Notes: a model not told the origin generated them from the letters alone. A DNA stretch of 64,000 nucleotides from an uncultured Methanolobus sp. (GCA_963675495.1 OY776215.1:2688001-2752000); one strand, 5' to 3'; counted from the first letter of the stretch, positions 41,835 to 53,471 are shown. A program made the numbers and translations.

Positions 41835-42700
41835 CTTCTGTAATAGTTAGTATCATATGAGTTATATTTTATCTGAGCACGTTTAATCCGCATGCCCATA
41901 AGTACACCTACGAAAATTCCACTCAGATGAGCAGTGTGAGCTATCATGTCATTTGCACCTAGCAGGACAAAATCAAGCAATGCGAAGAGGATCAAAGCCT
42001 GTGTGATCTTCATTGGAATGAAGTAAACATATACCTTGATATCAGGGGCGATTATTGCGAGAGCTGCAAAGACACCCATTATGGCGCCACTGGCACCTAC
42101 GACGGGGATATATGGAGATTTACTTGTTATGGAATATGCTATGGCTGCAACAAGGCCTGCTGTAAAGTACACATACAGGAATATTTTTTTTCCGGCTCTT
42201 CTTTCCAGTTCAGGACCAAAGAAAAAGAGTACCAGCATATTGAATAAAATATGTGTGAAATCTGCGTGGATGAACATATGGGTTACTAATGTCCATGGGC
42301 GTGTAAATATTAAAGCGGGAACCAGCTGGAAAGCCTGTTGAAAGCCGGGTATGATGATCTGCAAAATAAAAGAAAATATGCAAAGGTAAACAATTGCCAT
42401 TGGAGGACTGCTTTTCATGGAATGGCTTATATTTCGGCCTGCGCCTTTTACAGCACTTTTTGCGGCATATTTTGCAGTGTTCTTCAAAGCATCTTTGAAT
42501 ACATCCTCCGTTCCACTGTTTCCGTATCCCGGACTACCGCTATACTGATTGTCTTGCTTGAGATGTTCAAGCCCCACGCATGCATGCTGCTCAGGGAGCC
42601 TGTGCCTCGAACAAAAGTTTTTTCCACAAAAGCGGCACTTAAATGGTATGTTTTCTTCTTTGCCGCATATCCAGCATTTTTTGTCCAAATCATTCACCAT
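41831..42700 (-). CDS. Rhomboid protease with N-terminal AN1-type zinc finger
   Basis: CWICG..PFKCRFCG..FC..HRLPE.H.C; H....HILFNM, GASG, AHLSG. Confidence 0.92.
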   Translation of the reverse strand: MVNDLDKKCWICGKEENIPFKCRFCGKNFCSRHRLPEQHACVGLEHLKQDNQYSGSPGYGNSGTEDVFKDALKNTAKYAAKSAVKGAGRNISHSMKSSPPMAIVYLCIFSFILQIIIPGFQQAFQLVPALIFTRPWTLVTHMFIHADFTHILFNMLVLFFFGPELERRAGKKIFLYVYFTAGLVAAIAYSITSKSPYIPVVGASGAIMGVFAALAIIAPDIKVYVYFIPMKITQALILFALLDFVLLGANDMIAHTAHLSGIFVGVLMGMRIKRAQIKYNSYDTNYYRR

Positions 42701-42930
42701 GATATAATGATTCTCTATGGTAAACAGGCATTAAATAAAACAATTTCTGATAAATATGAAATAAGAAGTAACATACTATCAAGAACAATCATGATAAATA
42801 TCGGAAAACTTATATGTGAAAATCGTATATTCTTGTCAATTATTACTCATATGCCCGAAATTGATTATTCTGACTGAATCTTTATGTGGAACATTATACA
42901 AATGGTAACCAATAATCATGATAGATTCCG

Positions 42931-42946
42931 GAAACATTTTTATATA
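42931..42946 (+). promoter_or_regulatory. Putative BRE/TATA of the cdh operon
   Basis: GAAACA-TTTTTATATA about 130 nt upstream of cdhA; AGGAGG RBS before 43074. Confidence 0.5.
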
Positions 42947-43073
42947 GGTTGGTATTATTAGAATATCCCATATTACAGTTTCAAACATATTCCTAAAAAA
43001 TATACACATAACAATTTGTCATACGATATTTTTTTCGTAGCACTATTACATCCATAAAGGAGGATAAAACAAA

Positions 43074-45488
43074 ATGAGCGATGATATATCAGCTGGGCAA
43101 TTTTCCATTGATGAATTGGAAAATGTTCAGATTACAATCGGCAAGATCGTAGGTGCCATTGAGAAAACAGCAGAAGGAGAAGGAGTTGAAGTAGGTCCTA
43201 CTCCAAAACCGGGGATTTCAGAATTGAGAGACTGGGATTACAAGCTTCTCTCCCGATACAATCCTGTTTACACTCCTGTTTGTGACCAGTGTTGTTACTG
43301 TACCTTTGGTAAATGTGACCTCGGTGGCAACAAAGAAGGTGCTTGCGGTATCAACATGGAAGCTCATCAGGCACGTGAATTCTTGCTTCGTGTTATCACT
43401 GGTGCAGCTGCACACGCAGGGCACGGACGCCACATGCTTCATCACCTCATAGGTCTTCATGGCCGTGATCATCCCATTGATGTAGGACCTTCAAATCTAC
43501 TGGCTCCAAATACCCAGGCAGTAACTGGTATCAAGCCTGAGACACTTGGTGATCTGGAAGAAGTAATGGATTATGTAGAGGAACAACTTACTCAACTGCT
43601 CGCAACGATTCATGCAGGTCAGGAAGGCTCTGCAATGGATTTCGAATCAAAGGCAATGCATGGTGGAATGCTGGACCACGTTGGAATGGAAGTATCGGAC
43701 CTTGCCCAGATATCCTGTATGGGGATGCCAAAGTCAGACCCTGAAGCACCACTTGCAGAAATCGGGATGGGGTGCATCGATTCGACAAAACCTGTGCTCC
43801 TTGTTATCGGGCATAATGTTGCAGGTGTAACTAATATCATGGACTACATACACGACCATGAGCTCGAAGATAAGATGGAGCTTGCCGGTCTGTGCTGTAC
43901 TGCGATCGATATGACACGTTACCAGATGGAACACGGTGGCAAACCACATGCAAAGATCATCGGTAGTCTGGCAAAGGAGCTCAAAATGATACGCTCAGGT
44001 GTTCCTGACGTAATTGTTGTTGATGAACAGTGTGTCAGAGCTGATGTACTTGATGAGGCAAAAAAGCTTTCAATCCCGGTCATTACTACCAATGATAAGA
44101 TCATGTATGGTCTTCCAAACAGATCAAAGGACAATGCAGCAGCTATAATCGAAGACCTTTCAAGTGGAAAGGAACCTGGTGCACTTATTCTTGATTTCGA
44201 TCTTCTTGCTGACGTTTCAGTAGAACTTGCTATCAAAATGTCCAAGATAAGGGATGAAATGGGCATTACAGCTCTACCAACTGAAGAGGAGCTTCAGGAA
44301 CTTTCAGAAAAATGTGTCCAGTGTGGTGCATGTGAACTGGACTGTCCTGACAACCTTCCAATAATGGCAGCTATGAAGGCAGGAATTGACAAGGATTTCA
44401 GCAAGTTCGAATATCTGCATGACAAATGTATTGCATGTGGCAGATGTGATCAGGCATGTCCAAAAGATATCCCTATTCTTAACATGATAGAGAAAGCATC
44501 CCAGAAACTCATCCGTGAGGAGAGGGGATTCATGCGCGCAGGCAGAGGACAGATAAGTGACCCTGAGATCCGTGAAGAAGGTGTCAATCTTGTTCTTGGA
44601 ACAACGCCTGGTATTGTTGCAATGGTTGGATGTTCCAACTATCCGGATGGTACTAAGGACCTGTACACAGTTGCAGATGAGATGCTTAAGAGGAATTACA
44701 TCGTGCTAATGTCAGGTTGTTCCGCAATGGACCTTGGTATGTACAAGAACGAAGATGGTGAAACCCTTTATGAGAAATATCCTGCAAAATTCCTTGCTGG
44801 TAACCTCATTAATGTAGGTTCATGTGTTTCCAATGCACACATTACGGGAACAACAATTAAAGTAGCTGCGATCTTTGCACAGAGGCAGGTATCCGGTAAC
44901 TACGAAGAGATCGCTGACTACGTCACCAACCGTATCGGTGCGGTGGGTGTCGCATGGGGAGCATATTCACAGAAGGCATCCTCAATTGCTACCGGATGTA
45001 ACAGGCTCGGTATTCCTGTGGTTGTAGGACCACATGGTTCTAAATATAGAAGGGCACTTATTGGTAAGCCATATCAGGAAGAGGACTGGAAGGTATATGA
45101 CGCAAGGGATGGTTCAGAAATGCCTATTCCTGCTTCACCTGAGTTCCTGCTGACAACAGCAGACACCATTGAAGAACTGCTTCCAATGCTTGCAAAGAAC
45201 TGTATCCGTCCATCCGATAACAACATGGGAAGAATGATCAAGCTAACTCATTACATGGAGCTCAGCCAGAAGTACCTTGGTCACATGCCAGAGGACTGGT
45301 ACAAGTTTGTAAGGACAGAGACTGATCTTCCACTTGCAAAACGTGAGACACTTCTCAAGATGCTTGAAAAGGATCATGGATGGGAAATCGACTGGAAACG
45401 CAAAAAGATCCTTTCCGGCCCGGCGATGAAATCAGATGTTTCCGCCCAGCCTACAAACGTAAAGAGACTATGTAAGGGGGAATGCTAA
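43074..45488 (+). CDS. cdhA: ACDS alpha subunit (CO dehydrogenase)
   Basis: [29 protein letters not shown], two ferredoxin motifs, GCSNY, GSCVSN. Confidence 0.97.
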   Translation: MSDDISAGQFSIDELENVQITIGKIVGAIEKTAEGEGVEVGPTPKPGISELRDWDYKLLSRYNPVYTPVCDQCCYCTFGKCDLGGNKEGACGINMEAHQAREFLLRVITGAAAHAGHGRHMLHHLIGLHGRDHPIDVGPSNLLAPNTQAVTGIKPETLGDLEEVMDYVEEQLTQLLATIHAGQEGSAMDFESKAMHGGMLDHVGMEVSDLAQISCMGMPKSDPEAPLAEIGMGCIDSTKPVLLVIGHNVAGVTNIMDYIHDHELEDKMELAGLCCTAIDMTRYQMEHGGKPHAKIIGSLAKELKMIRSGVPDVIVVDEQCVRADVLDEAKKLSIPVITTNDKIMYGLPNRSKDNAAAIIEDLSSGKEPGALILDFDLLADVSVELAIKMSKIRDEMGITALPTEEELQELSEKCVQCGACELDCPDNLPIMAAMKAGIDKDFSKFEYLHDKCIACGRCDQACPKDIPILNMIEKASQKLIREERGFMRAGRGQISDPEIREEGVNLVLGTTPGIVAMVGCSNYPDGTKDLYTVADEMLKRNYIVLMSGCSAMDLGMYKNEDGETLYEKYPAKFLAGNLINVGSCVSNAHITGTTIKVAAIFAQRQVSGNYEEIADYVTNRIGAVGVAWGAYSQKASSIATGCNRLGIPVVVGPHGSKYRRALIGKPYQEEDWKVYDARDGSEMPIPASPEFLLTTADTIEELLPMLAKNCIRPSDNNMGRMIKLTHYMELSQKYLGHMPEDWYKFVRTETDLPLAKRETLLKMLEKDHGWEIDWKRKKILSGPAMKSDVSAQPTNVKRLCKGEC

Positions 45489-46001
45489 GTGGTCGATACA
45501 ACTAAGAATACGCAGATCTACACCACATGGGGTAGGAAAGTAGCAAAACCTGTAAATCCGAATGTGGCAGCAAAAATAATCACAAAAGCAAAAAGACCTC
45601 TTCTTGTTGTTGGATCAGAGATCTTAAAAGATGAGTTGCTTATAGAGAAGACGATTGCAATTGCAAAGACAGGTGTTCCGGTAGCTGCTACCGGACATTC
45701 TATTACTGCTCTTGTGGACAGGGATATTGGTGCAAAGTACATCAATGTCCATTCACTTGGTACTTTCCTTGGTGACAAGAACTGGACTGGTCTTGATGGA
45801 CAGGGTTCATATGACACCATCCTTTTTATCGGACACAAGAAGTATTATCTTAATCAGGTGCTTTCCGGTCTCAAGAACTTCACAGACCTAAAGACCATTT
45901 GTATTGAGAGACATTTCATGCAAAACGCTAGTTTGTCCTTTGGAAATCTTAAACCAGAAGTACACCTTGAAGCGCTTGACGAATTTATTGGACATTTATA
46001 A
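45489..46001 (+). CDS. cdhB: ACDS epsilon subunit
   Basis: [24 protein letters not shown]; operon position. Confidence 0.95.
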   Translation: MVDTTKNTQIYTTWGRKVAKPVNPNVAAKIITKAKRPLLVVGSEILKDELLIEKTIAIAKTGVPVAATGHSITALVDRDIGAKYINVHSLGTFLGDKNWTGLDGQGSYDTILFIGHKKYYLNQVLSGLKNFTDLKTICIERHFMQNASLSFGNLKPEVHLEALDEFIGHL

Positions 46002-46031
46002 TTTTATTGGTGACTATACGGAGAACTAATT

Positions 46032-47444
46032 ATGGCAGATGAATTCCCTTTTGAAATATCTCCTATGTTTGAAGGAGAGAGAATACGAAAAGATGGCATG
46101 TATGCAGAACTTGCAGGTCCAAAGTCCAAAGGCTTTGAACTGGTAAGGGCAGCAGAAATGGACGATGTTGAAGATGGCAAGTTCACACTTATCGGTCCTG
46201 ATCTTTCAGACATGGAAGTAGGTTCCAGACATCCTCTTGCAATGATCTATAAGATCGCAGGAGAGCTTGTAGAACCTGATCTTGAGTCCATTGTAGAAAG
46301 AAGGAACCATGAATTCCAGAACTATATACAGGGTTTCATGCACCTGAACCAGAGAGACGATGTCTGGATGAGGGTCAGCAAAGATGCAGTCGAAAAAGGT
46401 ATGACATCTTTTGAGCCTGTTGCACAGGCAATAATGATGCTCTTTAAGAACGAACTCCCATTCATAGAGGGTGTCGAAGCCATATATATCACAGATATGG
46501 ATGAGATCGAGAAAGAGATCGAGAATGCAAGAGGGGTCTACAAGGCAAGGGATGAGAGAACCCGTGACCTTCACGATGAGGATGTTGACACATTCTATGG
46601 ATGCACTCTTTGTGCATCATTCGCTCCAACCAATGTTTGTGTAGTAACGCCAGACAGGGTTTCTCTTTGTGGTGCAATCAACTGGTTCGATGGCAGGGCA
46701 GCAGCAAAGGTTGATCCGGAAGGTCCACAGTTCGCTATTCCAAAAGGAGACGTAATTGACGCAGAATCCGGGGAATACACCGGTGTTAATGAAGCTGCAG
46801 AGAGATTATCAAGCGGTGAATACGACCGTATAAGGCTGCACTCATTCCTGGAGTACCCTCACACATCCTGTGGATGCTTTGAGGTTGTAGGATTCTATAT
46901 CCCTGAAGTTGATGGTATCGGATGGGTAGACAGGGACTTTGCAGGTACCGCACCAAACGGACTTCAGTTCTCAACCATGGCAGGACAGACAGGTGGAGGT
47001 AAGCAGGTTGTTGGTTTCCTTGGAATAGGTGTCAATTACTTCCGTTCACCAAAGTTCATCCAGGCAGACGGCGGCTGGGAAAGGGTCGTATGGATGCCAA
47101 AGATGCTTAAGGACAAAGTATATGATAGTATGCCTGAGGATATCCGCGACAAGATCCCAACTGAAGAAGAAGTAGCAGATGTTGATGCACTCAGAAATTT
47201 CCTCAAGGAAAAGAACCACCCAATACTTGAAAGATGGGTAGTGGAAGAAGAGGAAGCACCTGAAGAGGAAGAAGCATCTGAAGCAGCTCCACAGGCTGGA
47301 TTTGCTGCTCCACAGATGATGCAGGCTGCAAATTTCATGCCATCCATGCCAATGATGAGCGGCGGTGGATCTGGCGGTGTAAAGATCGTCCTGAAGAACG
47401 CAAAGGTCAGTATCGACAAAGTGATCATTAAGAAACAGGACTAA
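46032..47444 (+). CDS. cdhC: ACDS beta subunit (acetyl-CoA synthase)
   Basis: FYGCTLC.SFAP, SLCGA, PHTSCGCFE. Confidence 0.97.
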   Translation: MADEFPFEISPMFEGERIRKDGMYAELAGPKSKGFELVRAAEMDDVEDGKFTLIGPDLSDMEVGSRHPLAMIYKIAGELVEPDLESIVERRNHEFQNYIQGFMHLNQRDDVWMRVSKDAVEKGMTSFEPVAQAIMMLFKNELPFIEGVEAIYITDMDEIEKEIENARGVYKARDERTRDLHDEDVDTFYGCTLCASFAPTNVCVVTPDRVSLCGAINWFDGRAAAKVDPEGPQFAIPKGDVIDAESGEYTGVNEAAERLSSGEYDRIRLHSFLEYPHTSCGCFEVVGFYIPEVDGIGWVDRDFAGTAPNGLQFSTMAGQTGGGKQVVGFLGIGVNYFRSPKFIQADGGWERVVWMPKMLKDKVYDSMPEDIRDKIPTEEEVADVDALRNFLKEKNHPILERWVVEEEEAPEEEEASEAAPQAGFAAPQMMQAANFMPSMPMMSGGGSGGVKIVLKNAKVSIDKVIIKKQD

Positions 47445-47456
47445 GAGAGGTCTTCT

Positions 47457-48209
47457 GTGGCTAAGATTATTGCAGTGACAGGTAAGGGCGGAACAGGGAA
47501 GACGGCAACGACCAGTCTTCTCATTCGCCATCTTACAAAAGGTGATAAGATCGTTCTTGCCGTTGATGCGGATCCGGACACCAACCTTCCCGAGACACTT
47601 GGGTGTGAAACCAACAAAAGCATTGGAGATATCAAGGAATTCATGCACGATGAGCGTGATAACCTTCCTCCTGATGTGAGCAAGGAATCCATATTGGAGG
47701 GAAAACTCTATGAGATCCTTGAAGAGATGCCAGGATATGACCTGTTGGTCATGGGGAGGCCTGAAGGTTCAGGATGTTACTGTTATGTCAACAACCTGCT
47801 TCGTGGAATCATGAATAAGCTCGTGACAAATTATGACGTGCTCATTATCGACGCTGAAGCCGGGCTGGAACATTTCAGCAGGAAGATATTCAGGAATGTT
47901 GATGAACTTGTAGTTGTCACTGATGGTTCACGCAGGGGAATGCGAACTGCCGAACGTATTCGGGAACTTGTGGGTGAACTGGAAACAGACGTTTCCGACA
48001 TCTATGTTATTGCAAACAAGGTCACAGATGCAAACCGTGAAAGGATTGCCAGTACTGCTAATGAACTTGGTCTTGAACTAATAGGAATGATCCCTGTGGA
48101 TGAGATGATAGTTGAAAGAGATCTCGCCGGGGAACCTTTATTTGATCTTCCGGATGACTCCGTTGCAGTACAGGAAATTGAGAAGATCGCTCAGAAACTT
48201 GGTTTGTAA
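47457..48209 (+). CDS. cooC: CooC/AcsF nickel-insertion ATPase
   Basis: GKGGTGKT, DADP, GCYC, DAEAGLEH. Confidence 0.93.
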   Translation: MAKIIAVTGKGGTGKTATTSLLIRHLTKGDKIVLAVDADPDTNLPETLGCETNKSIGDIKEFMHDERDNLPPDVSKESILEGKLYEILEEMPGYDLLVMGRPEGSGCYCYVNNLLRGIMNKLVTNYDVLIIDAEAGLEHFSRKIFRNVDELVVVTDGSRRGMRTAERIRELVGELETDVSDIYVIANKVTDANRERIASTANELGLELIGMIPVDEMIVERDLAGEPLFDLPDDSVAVQEIEKIAQKLGL

Positions 48210-48230
48210 TAAATATTATCATAAGGTGGA

Positions 48231-49562
48231 ATGCACATGACAAAGAAAATGAAATTATCGCAACTTAGTGATATGTTGCAAGATCTCGATGTGGAGTCAC
48301 TGGAAGGTGTGACCATTGAAGGTGACGTCGAGCTCAATATCTCAGGTGGTGGAGGACTAAATCCTGCACTTGCCTATGCTTTGGGAAGTGAAATATCCCA
48401 GATATCCCTTCACATGGCAAACATTGGCAGGATGCTTGGATTCCCTGCTGAACAATTATTCGCATCTGCTTTTGGAATGGGTGAGATGCCCCAGCCAGAG
48501 ACACTTCCAACTTCTCCAAAGATACAGGAATTACTTGCTTCTAAATTCGAGGTTGCAAAGGTTGACAACTGGAAGAATCCTATCCAGGAAGTCACACTTG
48601 GTGCAACATCGGGTGACGGTGGCTCAAGGAAGAACACCATAACCCTTGGTGGCGAGAATGCACTTCCTTACTACTTCGATACTGAGATGCCTCACAGGAA
48701 CTATGTGACTATGGATGTCTTCGACATGCCAATAGGTATGGCAAAGTCAGTCAAGAGCAACTATGAGGATGTTATTAACGACCCGGCAGAATGGGCAAAG
48801 AAGGTCGTACGTGAATTCAATGCTGACATGGTAACCATTCACTTGATATCAACTGACCCGCTCATCAATGATACTCCTGCAAAGGAAGCAGCAAAGGTCG
48901 TAGAGGATGTCCTGCAAGCAGTTGATGTGCCTATTGTTATCGGTGGTTCAGGAAACCCTGAAAAGGATCCTGAAGTGCTTGAGAAAGCAGCTGAGGTCGC
49001 AGAGGGGGAAAGAGTACTTCTGGCATCTGCCAGCCTTAACCTTGATTATGAGAGAATAGCAAAAGCTGCCGTGGATTACGGACATGTCGTCCTTTCATGG
49101 ACACAGCTTGAGATCAATGCTCAGAAGGAACTTAACAGGAAGCTCATGAAGCAGTGTAATGTCCCACGAGACAGCATACTGATGGACCCGACCACAGCAG
49201 CACTGGGTTATGGTCTTGACTATGCTTACACCAACATGGAGCGCATAAGGCTTGCTGGTCTTATGGGCGATGACGAGCTTACATTCCCAATGTCATCAGG
49301 TACTACAAATGCATGGGGTGCCCGTGAGTCATGGATGATCTCATCCCCACTTAATCAGGATTCTGACTGGGGACCAAGGGAATACCGTGGACCTATCTGG
49401 GAGATCGTCACTGGTCTTTCACTCGCACTTGCAGGTAACGATTTGTTCATGATGATGCATCCAACATCCGTTCAGGTGCTAAAAGAAATTACGCAGACAC
49501 TCTATGGCTCTATTGAGTCCGAAGAGATAGACATCACCAACTGGATCGGGGCGGAGGTGTGA
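48231..49562 (+). CDS. cdhD: ACDS delta subunit (corrinoid FeS protein, small subunit)
   Basis: [32 protein letters not shown]. Confidence 0.95.
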   Translation: MHMTKKMKLSQLSDMLQDLDVESLEGVTIEGDVELNISGGGGLNPALAYALGSEISQISLHMANIGRMLGFPAEQLFASAFGMGEMPQPETLPTSPKIQELLASKFEVAKVDNWKNPIQEVTLGATSGDGGSRKNTITLGGENALPYYFDTEMPHRNYVTMDVFDMPIGMAKSVKSNYEDVINDPAEWAKKVVREFNADMVTIHLISTDPLINDTPAKEAAKVVEDVLQAVDVPIVIGGSGNPEKDPEVLEKAAEVAEGERVLLASASLNLDYERIAKAAVDYGHVVLSWTQLEINAQKELNRKLMKQCNVPRDSILMDPTTAALGYGLDYAYTNMERIRLAGLMGDDELTFPMSSGTTNAWGARESWMISSPLNQDSDWGPREYRGPIWEIVTGLSLALAGNDLFMMMHPTSVQVLKEITQTLYGSIESEEIDITNWIGAEV

Positions 49563-49565
49563 TAA

Positions 49566-50975
49566 ATGAAAATTAACAGTCCACTGGAAGCTTACAAGTT
49601 CCTGCCAGCCACTAACTGTGGTGAGTGTGGTGAACAGACATGCATGGCCTTTGCATCACACCTTATTGACAGGTCTCATAAACTCACAGATTGTACGCCA
49701 ATACTAGAGCCTAAGTTCAAGAAGAAGTATGAAGAACTCGATGCACTCCTTGCTCCTGAGATCAGGGAAGTTTTGATCGGTGTCGGTGAAAATGTCGCAA
49801 AGATTGGCGGAGACGATGTACTTTACCGTCACAAACTGACATTCTTCAACCAGACACAGTTTGCATATGATGTATGGGACACAATGGATGAGAAGGATCT
49901 CGTTGAGCGGGTAAATCATATTCAAAACTTCAAGAAGTTCTATGTAGGTGACTTCCTTACTGTGGATATGGTAGCTGTGCGCTGCACATCCAATGACCCT
50001 GCTAAATTTGGGGCAGCTGTAAAGAAGGTAGTCGAAACAACAGACTTCCCTATCATTCTCTGTTCATTTGATCCTGAAGTCCTTAAAGCAGGCCTTGAAG
50101 CTTCAAAGGGCAGGAATCCACTTCTCTACGCTGCAAACAAGGACAACTGGAAGGAAGTCGGAGAACTTGCACTGGAGTACGATGTGCCTGTGACACTCTT
50201 TGCTCCAAATGACCTTGATCTTCTCAAGTCACTTGCAAAGACCTTTGCAGCAATGGGTACAGAGAAACTTGTACTTGACCCTGGAACATTCCCGACAGGC
50301 AAGCAGCTAAAACAGACCTTTACCAATTTTATAAAGGTACGCCGGGCTGGTATCGACGGTGATCGTGAAATCGCTTATCCTATAATGGCAGTTCCATTTA
50401 CGGCATGGATGGCGCACGATGACCCTGTAAGTGCATCTTACTGGGAAACCGTGGTCGCATCAGTGTTCACCATCAAGTACGGTGACATAATGATCCTTCA
50501 CAGCACAGAGCCTTACGCAATGTTACCTGAACTACACATCCGTGATACTCTCTACACTGACCCGAGAAAGCCTGTAACCGTGGATCCTGGAATGTACAAG
50601 GTAGGAGAACCAACTGCTGATTCACCGGTGCTTGTTACAACCAACTTTGCTCTTACATACTACACAGTAGAGAGTGATCTTGCATCTAACAAGATCGACT
50701 GTTTCCTCTGGGCAATTGATACTGATGGTATTGGTGTAGAGGCTGCAGTAGCTGGAGGACAACTTACCGCTGCAAAGATCAAGAAGGGAATTGATGAATC
50801 AGGATTTGACCTGAAGAAGGACACAACACACGACACCATCATTCTCCCGGGACTCTGTGCACGTCTGCAGGGTGATGTGGAAGATGAGACTGGTGCTAAT
50901 GTTATGGTAGGTCCTGCTGATTCTGGAAGGCTACCTGGCTGGATGGAAAAGAACTGGCCACCACAGAAGAAATAA
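49566..50975 (+). CDS. cdhE: ACDS gamma subunit (corrinoid FeS protein, large subunit)
   Basis: LP.TNCGECG..TCMAFA, YTDPRKP, TTNFALTYY.V. Confidence 0.97.
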   Translation: MKINSPLEAYKFLPATNCGECGEQTCMAFASHLIDRSHKLTDCTPILEPKFKKKYEELDALLAPEIREVLIGVGENVAKIGGDDVLYRHKLTFFNQTQFAYDVWDTMDEKDLVERVNHIQNFKKFYVGDFLTVDMVAVRCTSNDPAKFGAAVKKVVETTDFPIILCSFDPEVLKAGLEASKGRNPLLYAANKDNWKEVGELALEYDVPVTLFAPNDLDLLKSLAKTFAAMGTEKLVLDPGTFPTGKQLKQTFTNFIKVRRAGIDGDREIAYPIMAVPFTAWMAHDDPVSASYWETVVASVFTIKYGDIMILHSTEPYAMLPELHIRDTLYTDPRKPVTVDPGMYKVGEPTADSPVLVTTNFALTYYTVESDLASNKIDCFLWAIDTDGIGVEAAVAGGQLTAAKIKKGIDESGFDLKKDTTHDTIILPGLCARLQGDVEDETGANVMVGPADSGRLPGWMEKNWPPQKK

Positions 50976-50984
50976 GACTATTTG

Positions 50985-51060
50985 AAAGATGCTATGATGT
51001 TCACATGGCATCTTTTTTATCTATTTTATTTATCGTTTTGTTCTGTTTTATTTTATTTTA
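50985..51060 (+). terminator. cdh operon terminator
   Basis: AAAGATGCTATG...CATGGCATCTTT hairpin followed by several T-tracts. Confidence 0.65.
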
Positions 51061-51126
51061 TACAGAATAACATAGTTTCTGAACACAAAATTATTATACT
51101 ATCTACATGTCGTTTTACGTTGGGAG

Positions 51127-51477
51127 ATGATGAATTTGATTATACGTAGCCAAAATAGCATTGAAATGACGAAAAACGGTATGCACTGTGTCATGATTGG
51201 TGATGTTCATGATGTTATGGATGAGCATATTGAAAAGATGGCTGAGTGGGCAACGTGCTTATGGGACTATGACAAGATAAGCATGTGGAAAAAATCAGAT
51301 TCCATGAGTCCTGGTTACTTTATACGTGACAGTCCTGAAGGTAGGTATAAAGTACATGTCCTTGATGCCGATCAAAAAGCAGACCTTTTTGGAGGTGCAC
51401 GTAAAGACAGCCCTTTGAAACTGGATAACTGGGAGAAAAGAGAGCTACTTGTTTACATTGACTGGTTCATTGAATAA
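51127..51477 (+). CDS. Hypothetical protein
   Basis: 116-aa ORF with GGGAG upstream; no family recognised. Confidence 0.55.
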   Translation: MMNLIIRSQNSIEMTKNGMHCVMIGDVHDVMDEHIEKMAEWATCLWDYDKISMWKKSDSMSPGYFIRDSPEGRYKVHVLDADQKADLFGGARKDSPLKLDNWEKRELLVYIDWFIE

Positions 51478-51525
51478 GTATGTTTTAACCAACACTATAT
51501 TTTTAATATGGGCTTCCTGTAAAGG

Positions 51526-51699
51526 TCAATGTCCACATTCATCGATCAGTATTTCTTGAAAATAATCTCTGTTGAGATCTACTGATACCTCTGATTCCAG
51601 ATATTTCAAAAACTCGCATTTACCGGTTTTTACAAAAATAACGCAGTTTTTGCAGTAAAGTTTTTTATTTTCTTCAGAATAACCCAGTTCTTCTATCAT
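51526..51699 (-). CDS. 57-aa Cys-containing microprotein (below the ORF track cutoff)
   Basis: MIEELGYSEENKKLYCKNCVIFVKTGKCEFLKYLESEVSVDLNRDYFQEILIDECGH*; ATGA overlap with the upstream stop. Confidence 0.55.
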   Translation of the reverse strand: MIEELGYSEENKKLYCKNCVIFVKTGKCEFLKYLESEVSVDLNRDYFQEILIDECGH

Positions 51700-51878
51700 A
51701 CACATGCTTTTACCCCATTATCATTGATTATGATGGTTACCATATCCTTTGCGGAAGTTATTCTTCCGCATTCATTGCAGTAATAGAATACATTAGAGCC
51801 TATCAGCTGTCGCTTAAGTTCAATCTGGCAATGCTCACAGTATAAATTATCTTTTGTTTTCATAAAAATATCTCCCAT
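51696..51878 (-). CDS. Small zinc-ribbon protein (CxxC-CxxC)
   Basis: LYCEHC...YYCNECG; GGGAG precedes the alternative start MKTKD at 51863. Confidence 0.65.
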   Translation of the reverse strand: MGDIFMKTKDNLYCEHCQIELKRQLIGSNVFYYCNECGRITSAKDMVTIIINDNGVKACV

Positions 51879-51900
51879 ATGTATCTAAGTATAAAGATAT

Positions 51901-52053
51901 TTATTTGGAACCTATTCCACCTATCATGAAGCGCATAAACTCCATATCTTCTTTATCTGTTATTTCTTTGAACTGTCCGTTGACTATTAATTGTAAATTG
52001 TTATCAGTTGAAGTATTTGTACATTTTTTCATATAATTCTGAATGTTTGGCAT
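51901..52053 (-). CDS. 50-aa microprotein (below the ORF track cutoff)
   Basis: GGAGGG RBS then MPNIQNYMKKCTNTSTDNNLQLIVNGQFKEITDKEDMEFMRFMIGGIGSK*. Confidence 0.55.
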   Translation of the reverse strand: MPNIQNYMKKCTNTSTDNNLQLIVNGQFKEITDKEDMEFMRFMIGGIGSK

Positions 52054-52365
52054 AAGTTTCCCTCCACATTTCATCAAATTCTAATACACAACGCACAGAT
52101 ATATACAATATGCATATAATCTATATATATATTCGTTTATTATATAGTCGAAGTGGGATAGGATGTTCTGTAACTGGGGCAATTAATTTCATAATTATAT
52201 AATACTACATTATTATATTTAAATAAGTATCTAATATTCTTTAAATGGTACTTCTTATTAAAAATATCACAGTTATCTTCAATAACCCATTTGTATCCAG
52301 ATCAAATCGCAGAGAGAAACATTATAAATACTGATTTAATGAATTGTATACGCAGAGGTATTGGA

Positions 52366-53427
52366 ATGAATGAAGTCTTTTTCAGTTCAGCAGAAGAAAT
52401 TGGGCCTAAGAACACTCAGATAGACCAGATTGTCGATATTTTCCCTAAGATATCGCCTGTTAATAAAGGGGATATTGTTGCTATAAAGATACACCCTGGT
52501 GAACTGGGGAACACTACGCACATACGTCCTGTTATTGTAAAGACCGTGGTGGACCTTGTGAAAGAAGCAGGTGGTATTCCTTTTGTTACGGATACAACAG
52601 TGCTTTACAGTGGAAAGCGTTTCAATGGCGCTGATCTGCTATGCACAGCGGCTACCAATGGTTTTACGCACGGGAGTATGGGTGCCCCCATCATTTGCGC
52701 CGACGGGCTTTGGGGAGATGATTTTGTGTCCGTGGAAATAGAAGGCGAAACAATAATCGAGATCAGTGTGGCATCAGCTATTGCAAAAGCTGATGCTATG
52801 ATAATGATATCACATTGTAAAGGTCATCCTGCATCAGGATTCGGTGGGGCAATAAAAAACCTGGGAATGGGATGTCTGGATAAGGGAGGTAAGACTACTG
52901 TTCATGAGGTTGGAAAGCCTGACATTGATCACGATAAATGTGTGGGATGTAAAAAGTGCCTCAAAGCTTGTCCATGGGATGCCTTGACTATTGAAAATGG
53001 GAAGGCCGTTGTGAACAAGGATCTTTGCAGAGGTGAACTATCATGCCTTGGAAGCTGTAATTATCATGCAATCGTGCCTCCTGCAGATGCTCCTGTGAAA
53101 ATGCAACAACGTCTTGGCGAAGCTGCCATGGGACCAGTCAAACTTCTACCTGGAAAGATCGGGTACATCAACTGGATATTTGACCTTACTCCCGGATGTG
53201 ACTGCTTTAACTTCTCAGCACCAACTTTTGCAGGAGATGTGGGGATCACGGCTTCAAAAGATCCTGTTGCAATTGATAAAGCAAGTCTTGATCTCATAAA
53301 TGACAAAATGAAACATGAGAGCAAGGGCTGTATCACCAATGTTTGGGGTGTGGATCCTATGGTACATCTTGAGTATGCTGAAAAGATTGGTGCAGGAAGT
53401 ACAGACTACGATCTAATACGCAAGTAA
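52366..53427 (+). CDS. DUF362 protein with ferredoxin-like Fe-S domain
   Basis: VAIKIH.GE, PF.TD, H.KGH...GFGGAIKNLGMG, CVGCKKC...CP, PGCDC, DPVAID. Confidence 0.9.
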   Translation: MNEVFFSSAEEIGPKNTQIDQIVDIFPKISPVNKGDIVAIKIHPGELGNTTHIRPVIVKTVVDLVKEAGGIPFVTDTTVLYSGKRFNGADLLCTAATNGFTHGSMGAPIICADGLWGDDFVSVEIEGETIIEISVASAIAKADAMIMISHCKGHPASGFGGAIKNLGMGCLDKGGKTTVHEVGKPDIDHDKCVGCKKCLKACPWDALTIENGKAVVNKDLCRGELSCLGSCNYHAIVPPADAPVKMQQRLGEAAMGPVKLLPGKIGYINWIFDLTPGCDCFNFSAPTFAGDVGITASKDPVAIDKASLDLINDKMKHESKGCITNVWGVDPMVHLEYAEKIGAGSTDYDLIRK

Positions 53428-53471
53428 AACAGACGGTTTTATTGCTGAGCGAAAACAATATCTAACAAACT

